The notes under the pieces are model-generated. The model did no database searches. It was not told the DNA's origin and saw only the letters and a program-made list of their open reading frames with translations. A program made the position numbers and the translations under genes. This document shows, one piece after another, positions 38,441 to 52,876 of a stretch of 64,000 bases of DNA. Positions within the stretch are counted from its first letter, which is position 1. The number at the start of each line of letters is the position of its first letter. The stretch lies in the NCBI GenBank assembly GCA_951406725.2, contig OX597814.1, positions 141,794,001 to 141,858,000 of the forward strand, given 5' to 3'. This DNA comes from Octopus vulgaris (Eukaryota).

Positions 38441-38600
38441 CCATATTTTAATGTGTATAAGGAACCCATTTTGACAAAAATTAGATAACAAAAAAAGTAT
38501 GGGAGTTTCTTATACATAGATATTATAATCTCTTACAAAACCTTTTTTCCAAATTTTAAGCCCCAAAAACTAGAGGGTCCCTATCGATCTTAAAATACGG
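38441..38600. mobile_element. Tc2/pogo-like MITE with TA TSD
   Basis: ta|ccatattttaa ... ttaaaatacgg|ta (10/11 TIR match), with internal tataag/cttata subterminal motifs. Confidence 0.65.
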
Positions 38601-39428
38601 TAATTATCTTGCAAGGAAAAAGGTATTCAATAACAGATATTACAATTATTCATAAGTATTAGTCTGTTTTAACCCATAAATTTTCATATTCTGGCATTTT
38701 TTTGGATGTGAGGTTAAGATGCTTTGACTACAGACCATATAGTCATAAGTTCTAACATTACTGCTGATGCTCTTGAGCATGACTTGTTCCATTTTGTTTT
38801 ATAGCTGCATAGTTAACAGAAAATTCATCCAGCTGTGCAAATAATTGCTTCAATATAAACCATTCCACCTGTGCAAATAAACCTATAAACAATTCCTTTA
38901 GAATCAATCACAGTATAAGCCTGTTGCCTGTTTTGTTGACCCTGGCTTGGAGAGATTAAAAGGAGAAAATCAGCTCAAGACATGTTCCTTAAATGGCTAA
39001 GTAATAAGGCCTATGACCTCCACCATCTGGAGTTTTGTGATATTGATAGTGTTTATGTTTAGCTTAATATTGCTAACCATTTAGTCTAGTACTTTGCAGT
39101 GTTGTCTTTATAACTACATATAAGGACAGCTATAATTAATATTAGTTATAGTGTTACCTGTTTCAGGGGGAATAGTTTTTCTGGTAATTTGTTCATGTAA
39201 ATGTTTTTAGCTGTCTACTCAATGTCTTGCTTTTATTCCAGTTGAAACAAGGTTATGTACTCAACCATAAATGGATTTTATGGCTCTAAACTCAGCCTAA
39301 AGCTATGCAAATGTATTGATTTCATTTCTAGATCCTCTAATGATTCAATGAGAAATTATAGTGGGACACAGTTTAAAGCAGCTGGTATTGACCCACTGTT
39401 GCCTGACCTACATACACAGGGCCATTAA

Positions 39429-39606
39429 CCCATTAGCATTTAAACTGGCCACATTGGGTCAAAATATTCTTGTTTAGTGCATAAACTGGCCAGAACCAGC
39501 CTCTCCCACTAATCCTACAATGTCATTCTAAAAATAAACAATCACATTATTGAAATCTCGAAGCTATGTGATAATGCATGATTAATTTAATCTGAATGCC
39601 AAAAGG
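39429..39606. mobile_element. piggyBac-like MITE (internally deleted)
   Basis: ttaa|cccattagcatt ... tgaatgccaaaagg|ttta. Internal sequence is shared with 1821-2022 and 3233-3652. Confidence 0.75.
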
Positions 39607-40339
39607 TTTACACAGTTTTACATCTGATTTCTCTGCTGGAATGGGTTGTTACGATTAATTTTATGGTTACTTCCCTCTTTGATGGGCTGGAAGATCACAC
39701 ATTGCCTCTATGCTTCATTTTTGATTTGGTTTCTGTGGCTTGATCCTCTTATCACCAACCACTTTAAAGTTTGTCCTGGGTGCATTTTGTTGTGACAGTA
39801 GTTGAGTCACCTTTTACCCAGAAGATTAATCTCTATTATCAAATTTTATCTCTTCTGATTATATTCCTTTTGGTGCATATATTGTTGCTTTTAGGTTTTT
39901 CACAAACTGCAGCATTGTTCAAGAATTGATTTGGCATCTTAGTTTGACCAAGGATTTGATATGTGGGAGTGTGCGTAAAATCATTTAATGTCTGTTTTCC
40001 ATGTTGGCATGGGTTGGACAATTTGTTAGGGGCTGAGTAGGCAGAAGACTGCACCAGGCTTCCCTGTCTGTTTTGGGAGGGCTTGTACTGCTGGATGCCC
40101 TTCCTAACACCAACCACCTTACTGAGTGCTTTTTTAAAGATTTGCCTTTTCATGCTCACATGGATCAGAGAAAATTTGTTAGGGTGAATTTTCTATGGCT
40201 GGATGCTCTTATCACCAACCCTCACTCTTTACTTGTAAGGTTGAAATTAGATGTCACTGTTTGAATGACAGTGACATTCACTTGCAGTTACCCACAATGT
40301 CAAGACTTTTTCAGAATCAGCTTAGTTTAAAGCTGGACT

Positions 40340-40610
40340 AAATACTTTGCTGTGTCTTGCCATTTTTGGCAGACTATGGCATGACAATATTGCCGCTAAT
40401 CCCTTGTAGTTTTGATAAAATGATGACGGTATCCATTCTGTTCTGCAGCAGGGTTTTTCTGCTTTGTTATAAGGAATCCTTATTACAAGGACCTTGCTTA
40501 CTTGCTGAAAGGAAGCTGGAACTAAAAGTGGGTCAGTGACATTCACCAATTGAAATATTTTAATTACTTTGCTTGGTAATTCCCCACCTCCTTTTCTATA
40601 CATCAAGTTG
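40340..40610 (-). mobile_element. Decayed RTE-clade LINE RT N-terminal fragment
   Basis: ORF 40322-40606 reads YRKGGGEL..IFQLV..VPASF..VIRIPYNKAEK..C..NYKGL..KMAR, resembling the RTE pattern YKxGG..VP..IxxLYKxKG..CxNYRGI..KILAR. Confidence 0.6.
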
Positions 40611-41429
40611 TGATAATATAAAGAAAAAAAGACTTTGAAGACTTATGAACAATGTTTTGCAAGAAGTATTTTTTTTTCATTTGATTTTATCTTTATTTGT
40701 ACATATCTGGCTGTTATTTCCTTTGCAAGCAACTTGAATAATTGCTTTATCAAATAGTTGGATGACTGAAATGATATTTGAAGTACCAAATGGGAATTTT
40801 TAGTTTGAAATTAAGGCTTGTCTTATTTTAAAGACTTATCTACCAATATATTATTGTTGTTGCCATTAGCTGTATCAATATTGGGTTTGGACTAGTATCA
40901 AATATGGAGGAAAAAGTGTGTGAGATATATGATGTAATATATCAAAGTGCAGGCTTGTTTTTAATGATTTTTTTTTAGCGAGCTAAATATCAATAATATA
41001 GCAAATTTGGTTCAATCAACTGCAGTCTATCCAATTTTTGTATATTATTGATGTTATTTTACTCCAGTTGAAAGAAAATGTTTGATCTTGGTTGTATTTG
41101 AAATTGAGATAATGAAACTATCACATTACTTATTCTAATCACCCAGGATGGCTCACTAAATTGTTATATCCATTTTAACTCTCAGTATTAGTTGCAATTT
41201 TTATGCTTAACACTATGCCATCCACTGCCAACTGAGTGATCCTCTATGCAGTCACAATTATGAAGCAGTGGAATGGTAGAATTGTTATAGTACCAGACTA
41301 AATAAATTGCTTTGATTTCAAATTCTACCAGAGTCAGCTTTACCTTTCGTCTTTCTAGAGTTGATAAAAACACTGAGATTGATTTAACTAACCTGCCCTT
41401 TATCACTAATTTCTGATTTATATTGTACC

Positions 41430-41808
41430 CAATGCTGGATTAACCCATTAAGCAAAATAAGCACTTGCTTAGAGCATCAAGGGAAAAGAAGCCACAACAG
41501 AAATGGTAAATGGTTTACAGCACAAAAGAAATCACTTCAAACTTGCTAAGATAATATTTGAAGAGGTTTATATGATTGGAAATATAATTTTGAAGTGTTA
41601 ATGGTGTCATAATGAGTATCTGATAATTTTTGCAATTGAAAAAAGTACAAAACTCTTCAAAAATAAACATTTTTTTCCCACCTTACTGAAAGTTTTGTTT
41701 CATTTTGAAAAATGTTATGGCTTATTGTTTATAGTTTGACTTTATGGGGGGTGGGCCCCAAAATCTTTTTAAATGCTTAGGGCCTCTATGGGTGTTAATC
41801 TGGCCCCA
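41430..41808. mobile_element. hAT (Tip100-like) MITE with 8-bp TSD, inserted in the tail of a SINE
   Basis: Imperfect TIRs caatgctggattaac / gttaatctggcccca. Perfect TSD attgtacc at 41422-41429 and 41809-41816. Confidence 0.85.
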
Positions 41809-42674
41809 ATTGTACCAATGTAAAAAAAATCATTAATCTAAAAAAAAAAAAATTTTTTTCAGTTAAAAAAATTGTGCTCTCCAATGCATTTTATCTAGTT
41901 TAAAAGTTTGGATAACAGCTGAAAAGCCTAGTGTTAAGGCTCAGTTAGTCAGGGCTGGCCTGAGCCTAAACAGTAAGCACACATAGATTCTTATTCAGTT
42001 GTGTAAGGAGTGGTAATTAAATTGGGGTTTATTTTCATTCTCTTGTAAACAAATTTCAGGTGATACTAGAAGTAAAAATGCAATTAACTCATGTTGATAC
42101 TGCAAAGACATTTTGTCTGGTATATTATTAAACAAACCATCTTCTTAGTTATCCTATAAAATCAATTGATACCAGTTACAATTTAACTCATCAGTGTAAA
42201 TTATCTTTGAAAGGAAGTTCCTCTCTCAATTGTTACCACCCCATTCAACTGAGTATAGGAAATAGCTGGTGGCTGGAATTTAACTTGTCTCAGACAAATT
42301 AGTTTCATATGTGAGACTGAATTAATCTAATGGCTGAGCAAGTTTGCTTTCAGATTCATTCATCTTTGCTTCATAAAACCTATAGTGTCTGATTTGTCAA
42401 AATTATTCTGTAGGATTTTACTTGACATTTTAATGCTTTAAAAACACCTCTGCCATTAAGCACTTATGAAAATGTAGGTGAATTTCCAAATCTATTGTCA
42501 TTACTTTTGTCGTCTTTTTCTCAGATTTTGCTGTTGTCTAATACACACAACAGCTTCATTTTACTTTAGTTTTTCATTCTCCATATTTCTTTTTCTGTAG
42601 ACTCTTCAAAGTAGCAATATTAGAAATCTGTTCAAACACTTTCATTTAATTTTTGACAACATCTGTAAAAGTTA

Positions 42675-42721
<47 letters not shown>

Positions 42722-45700
42722 TTATATAAATCACACACACACACACACATATATCCATTCATGTTTTCATTGTGTAGTACAGCTATTCCATTCCTTTTAA
42801 CAGGTTTGACATTTTCTTTTAGTTATGTATTCTGAGTATGCTAAACTAGTATTACAAAAGCAGTAGTCTGATTAATTTAAAGTGAAGTTTGTGAGTTTGG
42901 CTAAGTTTGTATGCTGTGGACAGAAGAATTTGATGTTTCAACATTGTCCATTTAAGAGGGAGAGATTTCTCTGAAAGGACAGCTTTGAAATGTCAGATTT
43001 CTTTTCTCTTTGTAGCATACAAACTTATGGAAACACTTGAACTTCAGTGTAGAATTTTTGCCAACATAGACTACCACTATTTTCTTCAAACTCTTAACTT
43101 TTTGCATAATTTACAAGATGTTTGAGATAACTCTTGTGTTAAGTTTACCACATAGGACAAATGTCTTCCGGTTACTTCCATGGACCAACCACTGCCTTGT
43201 GAGTGAACTTGGTAAATGAAGACTGGAAGGAAGCACATTGTGTTTCTGTGTGCCTCTGTTTGTTTTCCTTGCCACCACCACTTCACAACTGGTATTGGTC
43301 TATTTATGTCTTCAGAAGCCAGCAGTTCAGCAAATGAGACCAATAGAATAACAAACAAACTTAAAAATAAGAACTGTTATTGATCTGTTTGACCAAAGCC
43401 TTGCAAGGTGGGGCTCTAGAGTGGCTGCAGTCCAGTGACTAAAACAAATAGGATATATGAAATATTTCTAGACGTTTCAATTTTTGAACATCACATATTT
43501 CAATAAACCATTAACAAAAAAAGTGAAATCTCTTTTGCATTTGGTTTTCAGGTGTGATTGTAAAATTAGAATTTCATATGTAGTTACATTTATGGTAAAT
43601 AAAATGACATATAGGGTTTGTTTGTTTTTTTTTTCTCTAGTGGTCTTATGCCTTAATACATAAATAAGTAAAGATTTCTTGGAAATTTAGTACTGTTTAA
43701 AAAATGATATAGGAAGGTAATGAAAGGTAGAAGTAATATTCAGCTCATATAAATGAAATTTTTCTTTTGTGCATTATTTGTTGGCCATTATTGATTTTGG
43801 TTTCTTAAATTTTACACCTGTTCTTACTGGTTACCTGTCTCATTTTTTAATCTTTTAACCAGTTTATCTATTTTATCCAGTTCTCTATGTAATCCATTGG
43901 GAAAAAGTGAACAAGTACATACTCCAGTCATTAAGAAAATTATATCCAGATAAAATATTTTCTATTTTTAGGCTTAGAATTGCATCTCATCTAATCAACT
44001 CAGAAGAGATGGCCACTGTTAGGGAAATGTAATACTTCTAATCTGTTTTTATAGATTTCAATACACTCCTCATTTTTTTAATGTTTTCTGTTAGCATTTT
44101 GGTTAGGTTAGTCAATATCTCTACAAGCTTATTCTTTCTCCTCTTGACTCTAGATAATAATGGCACTATAAATCTTTCTGTAGTAGGTATTGTTGTCTTC
44201 ATATTGATAAGGTTATGGCTGCCATTCCATTGCAGTAGTTATCCTGTAAATATTTTGTAAAGAATTCTGCTTCTTTGTTAAATTGTTTTCTATCTCTTGT
44301 ATATTGATAGAAATTTTACATTTTGTTTACTTTCAATATCTGCCTTTCATGGTCATTGACATTTTACTGTGGAAACTTAACCAGGAGATAATTTATCTCC
44401 TCGATAAAGGGGTTTATTTCAAATCTACTGATCGGTCAACAATCATGCTATTACTCTTGGGTACTTCACAGGGATTCTGGTTATTAGTTGATTTATGCAT
44501 GGAGTAGTTAGTTACCAACAGGAAATTGCTATTAGGAAACAAATCTTTGTTTCCATTATTTCCATCTCTATAGCTGTTATTCTGCTTCATGTAATATATT
44601 TCTAGTTTTCTTTTTGTCATATACTAAACACTTGGATAGCTGTGTAGTTAAGAATCTTGCTTCACAACCATGTAATTTTGGGTTCAGTTCCATTGTATGG
44701 TCCTTTGTGCGAGTGTGTATTATAACCCTAGGCTGACCAATGCCATGAGTAAATTTGGTAAACAGAAACTGTATGGTAGTCTGTGTGAATGCTTTTGTAT
44801 TGTCCCTCCATACCACTTGACGACTAATGTTGATTTAACATCTCTGTAACTTAGTGGTTCAGCAGACACGACTGATAGAATACTTAAAAACTACATACTG
44901 GTGTCAATTTGTTCAACTGAACTCTTCAAGGCAGTACCCCAGCATCACCACAGTCCAATGGTCGAAACTGCTCAAAGCTATACATAAAGTTGCTAAATTA
45001 AACAGGATGCTGGTCATCAGCTGAAACCTAAATCCCTTGATATTTCAGTATGTGAAGTATCTTAATTCTTTAGAGTTTGTCTATTTAACAACAAGATGAT
45101 GATGAAAACATTATCATTCTTGATATCACTGATATCAAGTTAGTTGCTTAACTCACTCACTTTTCTATGATCTCTTGGCCTTTTTCTATACTTACGTTCT
45201 TATTTGGGCTCTAAAATTACTGTGTAGTTTAGTTTGCTTCCCTACCATGGTTTTGGTTTCAGTCCTACTGCACAACACCTGTGACATGGTTTCTACTAGA
45301 AACTCAAGTTAACCATTATCTTGCAAATAAATTTTGGAGAGAGAAACTGTAAGAAGCCTATTGAGTATGTATGTGTTTGTATGTATGAATACTGACACCC
45401 TATGACTTTACTTCATGCCACCAGAGTGAAACAGTGATATGTTTACATACCTTGTTGCAATGACCAGTTGCATTGCACTTTCAAAGACCTGTGGAATAAA
45501 TCCTTTACTTGAAAAACAGGTGAGTGAGTGACAAAAGCATTCAGCCATAAAAATCTTCCCTCAGATAAGTCCCTAAATAAACCATGCTACAATGAAAAAA
45601 AAAAAAAGTGGATGTTGAATGAATGAATATTGCTGTGTGCCAAAATCAGGTCTTGGAATGTTATCACACACCATTCCATGAGGCTGCTGGCTTGATTGGC

Positions 45701-47643
45701 ATTGTCATTTTATCCAAATTACTCTCTCAACAAGGTTAATTAATGTGCCAGGCAACTAGCCATACAGGGTTATGATTTTAAGAATCTAGACAAATTACGG
45801 TTTGTCTTTCTCTACTCCGTTGGAAATAGATGATTTGCTCATTTCATGATTGAGTGCTTGCTTTAACAATTTGGATGCAAATAGCTAAATTAGCAGAATC
45901 CATCTCGTTTATGTTCTCAATGGATGAAAAAGTAGGCTTTTCTCCACCTCCTCTGTTTTCCCATGTTTGATTTGATATATTTGTCAATCAATGCACACAA
46001 GCTTCTTAGATGCATTATTGTTCTATTCTGTGTAGTAGAAATAAATTTTCATGATGTTTGTCTATTATAACTTGTGTATCGTTACTTCTGTACACCACTG
46101 TTTAGGTGCATGGACATCTTTGTGTCTATTATGAAGCTGATATGGAAAGAGTGAGCAAATGCAGCTGCTAAGATAGATAGCAATAATTATGGTGTGTTAG
46201 AAAAAATGCATATACCTACCTTTTATATTGAACATTAGCAGGAGATGAAAGAATGGCTGGGGGACAGGAGGGTATCTGCTCATTCTCTGTTTTTCATTTC
46301 TGCAATCTATTACAATGGGAATTCGCTTCTCTGTTTGTATCCAATTTTCCTTTCTTTCTATCTGGTCTTTCTTCAGTTCAATCTCTTAGCTTTAAAGAAG
46401 TGGACAAAAGCAAGTTTTCAAATAAATTTATTATTTAGATAATAATACCAATAATAATACACTTCAGTTTTAATTAACTAATCAATATTTTTAATTTCAT
46501 ATCATTTCCTGACTGGATTCTTAAAGATTTCCATGCTTAAATGTTGAATGATCATGACAAGCTGTTCGAGGATATTAACTTCATTATCATTCCTTATGTA
46601 AGCTGCAGTCAGATTAAGGTGTTGTCAATGCTGGGAGGAGCTTACAGTAATAGCTTCTTGTTGATTTTTTTTTTTCTCTTCTGTTTCTGGTTACATCAGA
46701 ACAGAACAGAACAAAACAAAACAAAACACAAGAAAGAAAAAAAAAATTAGTCTGAAGAAGCCATTATTAGTTCACTCCCCTATAAAGAATGTGTAACTAT
46801 CTGATCTCTTTCTATTACATGAACATTACTTGAAGCACTGCCTACAATTTAAACGAACAAGCCCCTTGAGATGAGAAATTGCTTCGATCTTCTAAAATTG
46901 AAAAAAAATAAAAAATAAAAATTACAAAGTGTGTAAATGAAAATTTTAATTTTTCAAGAACATTGCAAGGTGTTACCCAGAATTCATAATTCTAAATTTC
47001 AACAAATAAGAACAAGTTGCTAATCACTGTTTTGCCGTCTCTCTCCTGTAGAGCCATCGTTTCTTTAGACACTACCTTCTAAACTACTTCACATTTCCAT
47101 GGACTCAATGTTACATCCCATTGATTGCTTAAACACAAGTTAATGAATTATAATTCATCCAGTTAGAACTAAGAACCTATAAAATAGCTATGACTATTCT
47201 CTCCCATTTATTTTAAAGATTTTCTTAAAAAGGTCTTGAAATTGAAGAATTAATATAGAGAAAGAATAGGGTTTACAAGAAACTATAGAAAGCCAGTTTA
47301 CCATTTTTGTTCATTTTTGTAAATACTTGCTAATTTTCTGTTTGCTTGAGGTTAGCTTTGATTGATCAAAGACCTGGCTGTGACCATCCATCATTTTTTG
47401 AAGTGGTAGGGTGTAATTTGAGGTATATTTTGCTTCTAATTTTATCAAATCAACACAAATTTTGTTTGCAATCGTTTTAAACTTGTCATTCATTATCGTC
47501 TATAATTTTTAATTAATCTTTGGTAACAAAAAAGAAAAATAAGTATAGATTCTATTACAACCTCCTTTCTTCTGTAGTTATGCTTTTGTTTACTTTCCCT
47601 CTCCCTCACCTGTGTTCCTTAGCATTACAGGTGTATGGACTGT

Positions 47644-48032
47644 TATTCTTTTACTTGTTTCAGTCATTTGACTGTGGCTAATGCTGGAGCACTGCCTTAA
47701 GTCAACCAAATTGGCCCTAGGACTTATTCTTTGTAAGCTTAGTGCTTATTCTATTGGTCTCTTTTTCCTAACATCTAAATTATGGGTATGTAGACACACC
47801 AACATCAGTGGCCAAGCGATGGTGAGGGGATATGCACAAATATATATATATATATATACATACACACACACACACACAATGGGCTTATTTCAGTTTCCAT
47901 CTTTCAAATCCACTTAAGGCTTTAGTTGGCCTGAGGCTATAGTAGAAGACACCCAAAGTGCCATGCAGTGGGACTGAACCCAGAACCATGTTGTTGGGAA
48001 GCAAGCTTCTTACCACACAGCCACTCTTGCAC
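47644..48032 (-). mobile_element. Family A SINE
   Basis: Colinear with 28437-28855. Confidence 0.85.
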
Positions 48033-48144
48033 CAATTATGTGTATTGGTATTTTTTTTCTTTTTCTATCAAAATAAAAGGAGAAATATTCTCTGTGCAAA
48101 TCACCTGAAGGTATTTGCACATTGAATCAGGTTTCTTTGGTTTA

Positions 48145-48529
48145 TCTTTTACTCGTTTCAGTCATTCAACTGTGGCCATGTTAGATCACTGCCTTGAAGG
48201 GTTTTGGTCAACACGGGTGCACTCCACTATATATATTAAGCTTGGCACTTATTTTATTAGGCCTTTTTGTTGAACTGCTAAGTTCAGAAGATGAAACAAA
48301 CCAACACCAGTTGTCACACACTGGTGGAGGAACAAACATACACATCAATATACACACACACACACACACGATGGGCTTCCACACAATTTTCATCTACCAA
48401 ATCCACTCAAGACTTTGGTCAGAACAAAGCTATGGTAGACATTAACCCAAGGTGCCATGCAGTAGTGCTGAACCTTAAACCATGTGGGTTGCTAAGTGAG
48501 TTTCTTAACTATGCTGACATACCTGCACC
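48145..48529 (-). mobile_element. Older family A SINE, in tandem with the previous copy
   Basis: Colinear with 28437-28855 but more diverged. Confidence 0.75.
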
Positions 48530-48548
48530 CATAGAATTTACACAGGTC

Positions 48549-48620
48549 TGTTTTAACCAGGATTAGAACCTATGTTACCCTGGCCACAATATAGGATCCT
48601 AACCACTGGATGATCATATC
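48549..48620 (-). pseudogene. tRNA-His(GTG) pseudogene
   Basis: Minus strand GATATGATCATCCAGTGGTTAGGATCCTATATTGTGGCCAGGGTAACATAGGTTCTAATCCTGGTTAAAACA aligns without gaps (54/72 by hand) to the invertebrate tRNA-His as recalled. The GTG anticodon loop and T arm are retained; the acceptor and anticodon stems are broken. Confidence 0.8.
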
Positions 48621-51280
48621 CTCCAGGTTTTTTGTTCTTTTTTTCCTTTTTTTTTTTTTGTTATATAAAACAATTCCATCACTTCAGTATAGTTGCAAAA
48701 AGCAAATGTATTTTATATGTACGTGCAGCAATCTTTATTTCAGAGTTGTTAACTCACATCCCAATAACTGCCATCTAGTTATACTCTTCTGCCGAGCAAT
48801 TTACTACACTTAGAAGCTATCTTCATATAACAACCATATTTCATCACATAGGGTGCACATTTTTTTTCCACTTCAAAAAAAAAAAAATCACCCTGGTTCC
48901 TAAATGTGAAATTGGGCATAAGCTTCAATGCATTAAAACCTTTTCTTGAAAATGTGTTGTTGAAATTGGGGGACATCTAATATACCCATACATCAAATAA
49001 AGATGATAGTTATCCAGCAGCAACACAAATTTTTGCTTTGCAAATATCAGCCAGTCTGTTTTATCAAGAATATAAAATATTAATTTCTCTTTCAGATCTA
49101 CTTTAGATCTCTATTTCATTATTTGATTATTATATTATCGATTTATTTATTTATTTATTTTTTCATAGCTGCTCAGTGGTGACACTTTCTAATATAGCAG
49201 AATGGGAAGGGTTATTATTAGATTTTGCATATGATCACTTAATATATGAAAGCTTAATAGATGATATAAATTGATCTGTTAGATATCATTTCCAGAAATG
49301 GCATAGTCGTAATGAGCTACTCCTATATTTCTTAAAAGTATTAGGCTACTTTCCACTGTAGTCGTCATAGTAGTTGTTCAGCTTCAGATCTGCTTGGATC
49401 AAAGATGTTTCATCCATAACATTTTTTTTTTATTCCAAACCTAATGTATTTTGGATGATATTATCTGTCTTTCCTACCTTTTTTTTAAAAAAAAGATGGT
49501 ACTGTGTTATATAAGGGAGATTTGGCTGATCTCTCATAATTTGATTCTCTGGACAGAATCTTTTGTCTTGTAAGCCAACTGTTATGATTAATATACTGTC
49601 AATTGCTTAGACTTCATGTTTATAGGTGATGAGGCCCCTATATTCTTAGAATTTTATTGGGAGTTATCCATTAACTATGAAAAAAAATTGCTTTTGTTAG
49701 TTTCTGTATGTAGGTGGCAGGAAGATCCCATTCTTTTGATATCAAGCTATATATATATATGTATATATATATATATTACACACACACACACTTTATGTAT
49801 ATACTTTATATATAAACACATATAATACACATAAAGTTGCATGCTATTTCAATAATTACTCTTAGAATATCCAGTATACATGTGATTATACACCCCTGCG
49901 CACGCACGCACGTTATTGGTTTCTAAAATATTAGATCTCAAACCTTTTGGAATGGTTTAGATTGAATTTAAGAACAGTAAATCTTGCAATTGGCTGTTTT
50001 TATTTTTCTTGTATTATTTCAATCCTACAATCAATGAGAATATAAATTAATTTCTATATCAGTAAAATACATGAAGACAAATTGTCATTCTGTAAATCTT
50101 ACTCCCACCTCTCTCTCTTAATGTTCTGATATTTTTGGTATTTCAATTATATTTAAAATGCTAAGTTTTATGTAATTGATTTTCTTTTATTGCTAGCTAA
50201 TATATTTTGTTTACTATAAATGAATTTTTTTTTTTTCTTGCTCTGTCGCCCTTGCAGTTTCAAGTGAAATAAAAAGATATGAAAATAGGTGTAAGGGTAG
50301 TTTCACGTTGATCAATGCTGTGCGAGTTAAATTTGTAAATGGAAATTTTTAGTTTTTTTGTGTAAAATCTCTTGAGATAAAACAGCTCATAATAAACAAA
50401 AAACCTTGTGGTTTTTATTGTGAAACATACATCTTTTTTTATAAAGGAGGAAGAGGATTTAGTCCTTCAGCTGATTTGATAAGTACAAGGCAAAGCTCCC
50501 ACTTGTTCATTTCAAGTGACATCAGAGGATGTGAAAAATGTGAGATTAATTCTCAGTTAAATTGATTGTTAACCTTGTAAGTTAAATTTGATAGAAAGAA
50601 ACTGTAAAAGCTTTTTGAGTGTTTATCATTATTTAACATCCATTTTCCATGCTGGCATGGGTTGTATGGTTTGACAAGAGATGGCAAATCATAGGACTGT
50701 AACAATCTCTATCGTCTGTGTGTATGAACTCTCTTGCAAGGTTAATCAGTATAGCATACCTTGCATTTATTTGATGTTAGTTATATCCTTCTAAACAAAG
50801 AAGACTTAGAAATGTAATACAAATGGATAAAGTAAGTGCCAGACAAAAGAGTAGTTTATATAATTGACTAAAATACCTGAGTGTGGTACTCCAGTATGAT
50901 CACAGGCCAAAGACTGAAACCAGTCAATGAATTTTCAGAGAACCCATCTCTTTGTTTTTATATTTTGAAATGTCGCAATATTTTGGTTACTCAAAATATT
51001 TTTTTTATGCTGATTTTTTTTTTTTTTTTTTCTGAATAGCTTATTTCTTTTACTATTATTTGATGTTAATTATTAAGGAATCATTTCACTCTCTTTCACT
51101 TGATATATTGGGAAATTTTTTTTAAACTGGAAAAAGCCAACAAACTAATTTTTTCACTTTTTGTGTTCCAGACTGGAATTTGTTTCTCAGATTAGGACTA
51201 TAGAATTTTACGATTCTCAAGACCAAATTGCGTTCTTGTGAAGATGAAATATTAATTTACACTGAAGACTTTTCCAGTTG

Positions 51281-51545
51281 ATCATCATCATCATCGTTTA
51301 GCGTCCGCTTTCCATGCTAGCATGGGTTGGACGGGTCAACTGGGGTCTGTGAAGCTGGAAGGCTTCGTCAGGCCCAGTCAGATCTGGCAGTGTTTCTACG
51401 GCTGGATGCCCTTCCTAATGCCAACCACTCCGCGAGTGTAGTGGGTGTTTTTTACGTGCCACCTGCACAGGTGCCAGACAGAGCTGGCGAATGGCCACGA
51501 ACGGATGGTGCTTTTACGTGTCACCGGCACGGGACCAGGCGATAT
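51281..51545 (-). mobile_element. Young RTE-type retroposon 3' end (family C)
   Basis: (cat)n tail then cgtttagcgtccgctttccatgctagcatgggttggacgg..ggctggatgcccttcctaatgccaaccactcc; near-identical to 21645-21839. Confidence 0.8.
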
Positions 51546-52876
51546 TGTGCAAAATTTTCTCAGTCTTTTTATCTCTCTCATTCTGTTTCTTTTGTTAATC
51601 TGAGTTTATCATTTATTCTCTGCCATAAAGTTACCAATGAAATTTGAAGATATTCATTTCAATAATTCTTTGGTATACTTATAAAATTTTGCTACCCTCT
51701 ACAAAAAGACACCTGTTTCTGCATGTCCTACTTGTAACTGTTTGTTGCTTGGCACAAAATTGCTTCCCCCAACACTTCACTTCATGCTTCAATCATGAGC
51801 TGTTGACTTCACCGATGCCAGTGACACACAAAAAGCACCTAGTACACTCTGTAAACTGCTCAGTGTTAGGAAGGGTTCCCAGCTGTAGAAGCCCTATTGA
51901 AACACAGATTGGATCTTGGCACACTCCTTTGGTTCACCATCTGTTATAACAGTTCTGCCCATGCCAGCATTTAAAATGGATGCTTAACTAGCAATGATGG
52001 TGATTATATGACAAGCTGCTTAGTTTCCGTTTAGCAAATTCACTCATAGGGCATTGATCAGCTGAGGTCTATAGCAGGAAACACTTGCCTTAGGTACTGT
52101 GTAGTGGGACTGAACTCAAAACAGTGTTGCAAACTTTTTAACCACACAGCCATGCCTGCACCTGTTATACATAATTCACTTATTATTCATTTTGGGTGTA
52201 TAACTGAGAATTTCAGTGTAAAAATCTTAAATATCCCCCTTCATCACTCTCATTGCAAATCTCGTAAATCTTACAGCATAATTTACAGCATTACCAATCT
52301 ACCTATCAATCCCCTTCATAAGACTGCATAATAATTGGGTTTATAATAAATGCTTGCCTTGCTGTTGGTTCTGAAGCACATTAATCAGGTTATTTGATGT
52401 ATTGCTAATTATATATGTATATACTCACACACATGCAAGCACAGGCATTCTTGCACACATCTATGCATGCACATCTGCATTCATATATTCACATATGCAA
52501 GCACACGCGTGCACACGCACATTATTTAATTCTGAAATTCCCTTTAAGATCTCATAAAGTTGCTATTAAAAATCTGCTCAGCTGATGAATTTTGACAGGT
52601 TATATAATGTGTGTGTGTGTGTGTGTGAGAGAGAGAGCATGCAATGTATGTGTGCATATATAATTTTAAACTTGTAATTATCAGAGAAATATCAATTATG
52701 ATTTCTGCTGTAGAAAGTATGAAATATTATAATATAAATTGCAGGCTACAGCATTACCATGATGTGTGCATATCCCTCTTTTCCCTTTTTACTGTATAGC
52801 TCTCATTTTGTAAATCTTGTTTATATTGTCTGTGCTTGTAAAGTGCAGCTAGTAGTGGTGGTAGTAATGTATATAA

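Noticed and set aside
43972-44028. Possible exon LRIASHLINSEEMATVRE
   Set aside because: Weak donor (AT|gtaata), phase does not follow the 33351-33457 exon, and no recognisable similarity.
45640-46140. Possible RTE C-terminal remnant (LYG..AW-like, minus strand); likewise a CR1-like SFFLS..VRLD at 18186-18434
   Set aside because: Only single short motifs; cannot be supported without a search.
50258-50291. Strong-looking acceptor (cccttgcag) with nearby gt
   Set aside because: The frame continuing from the upstream exon reaches TGA within three codons, and the donor is weak.
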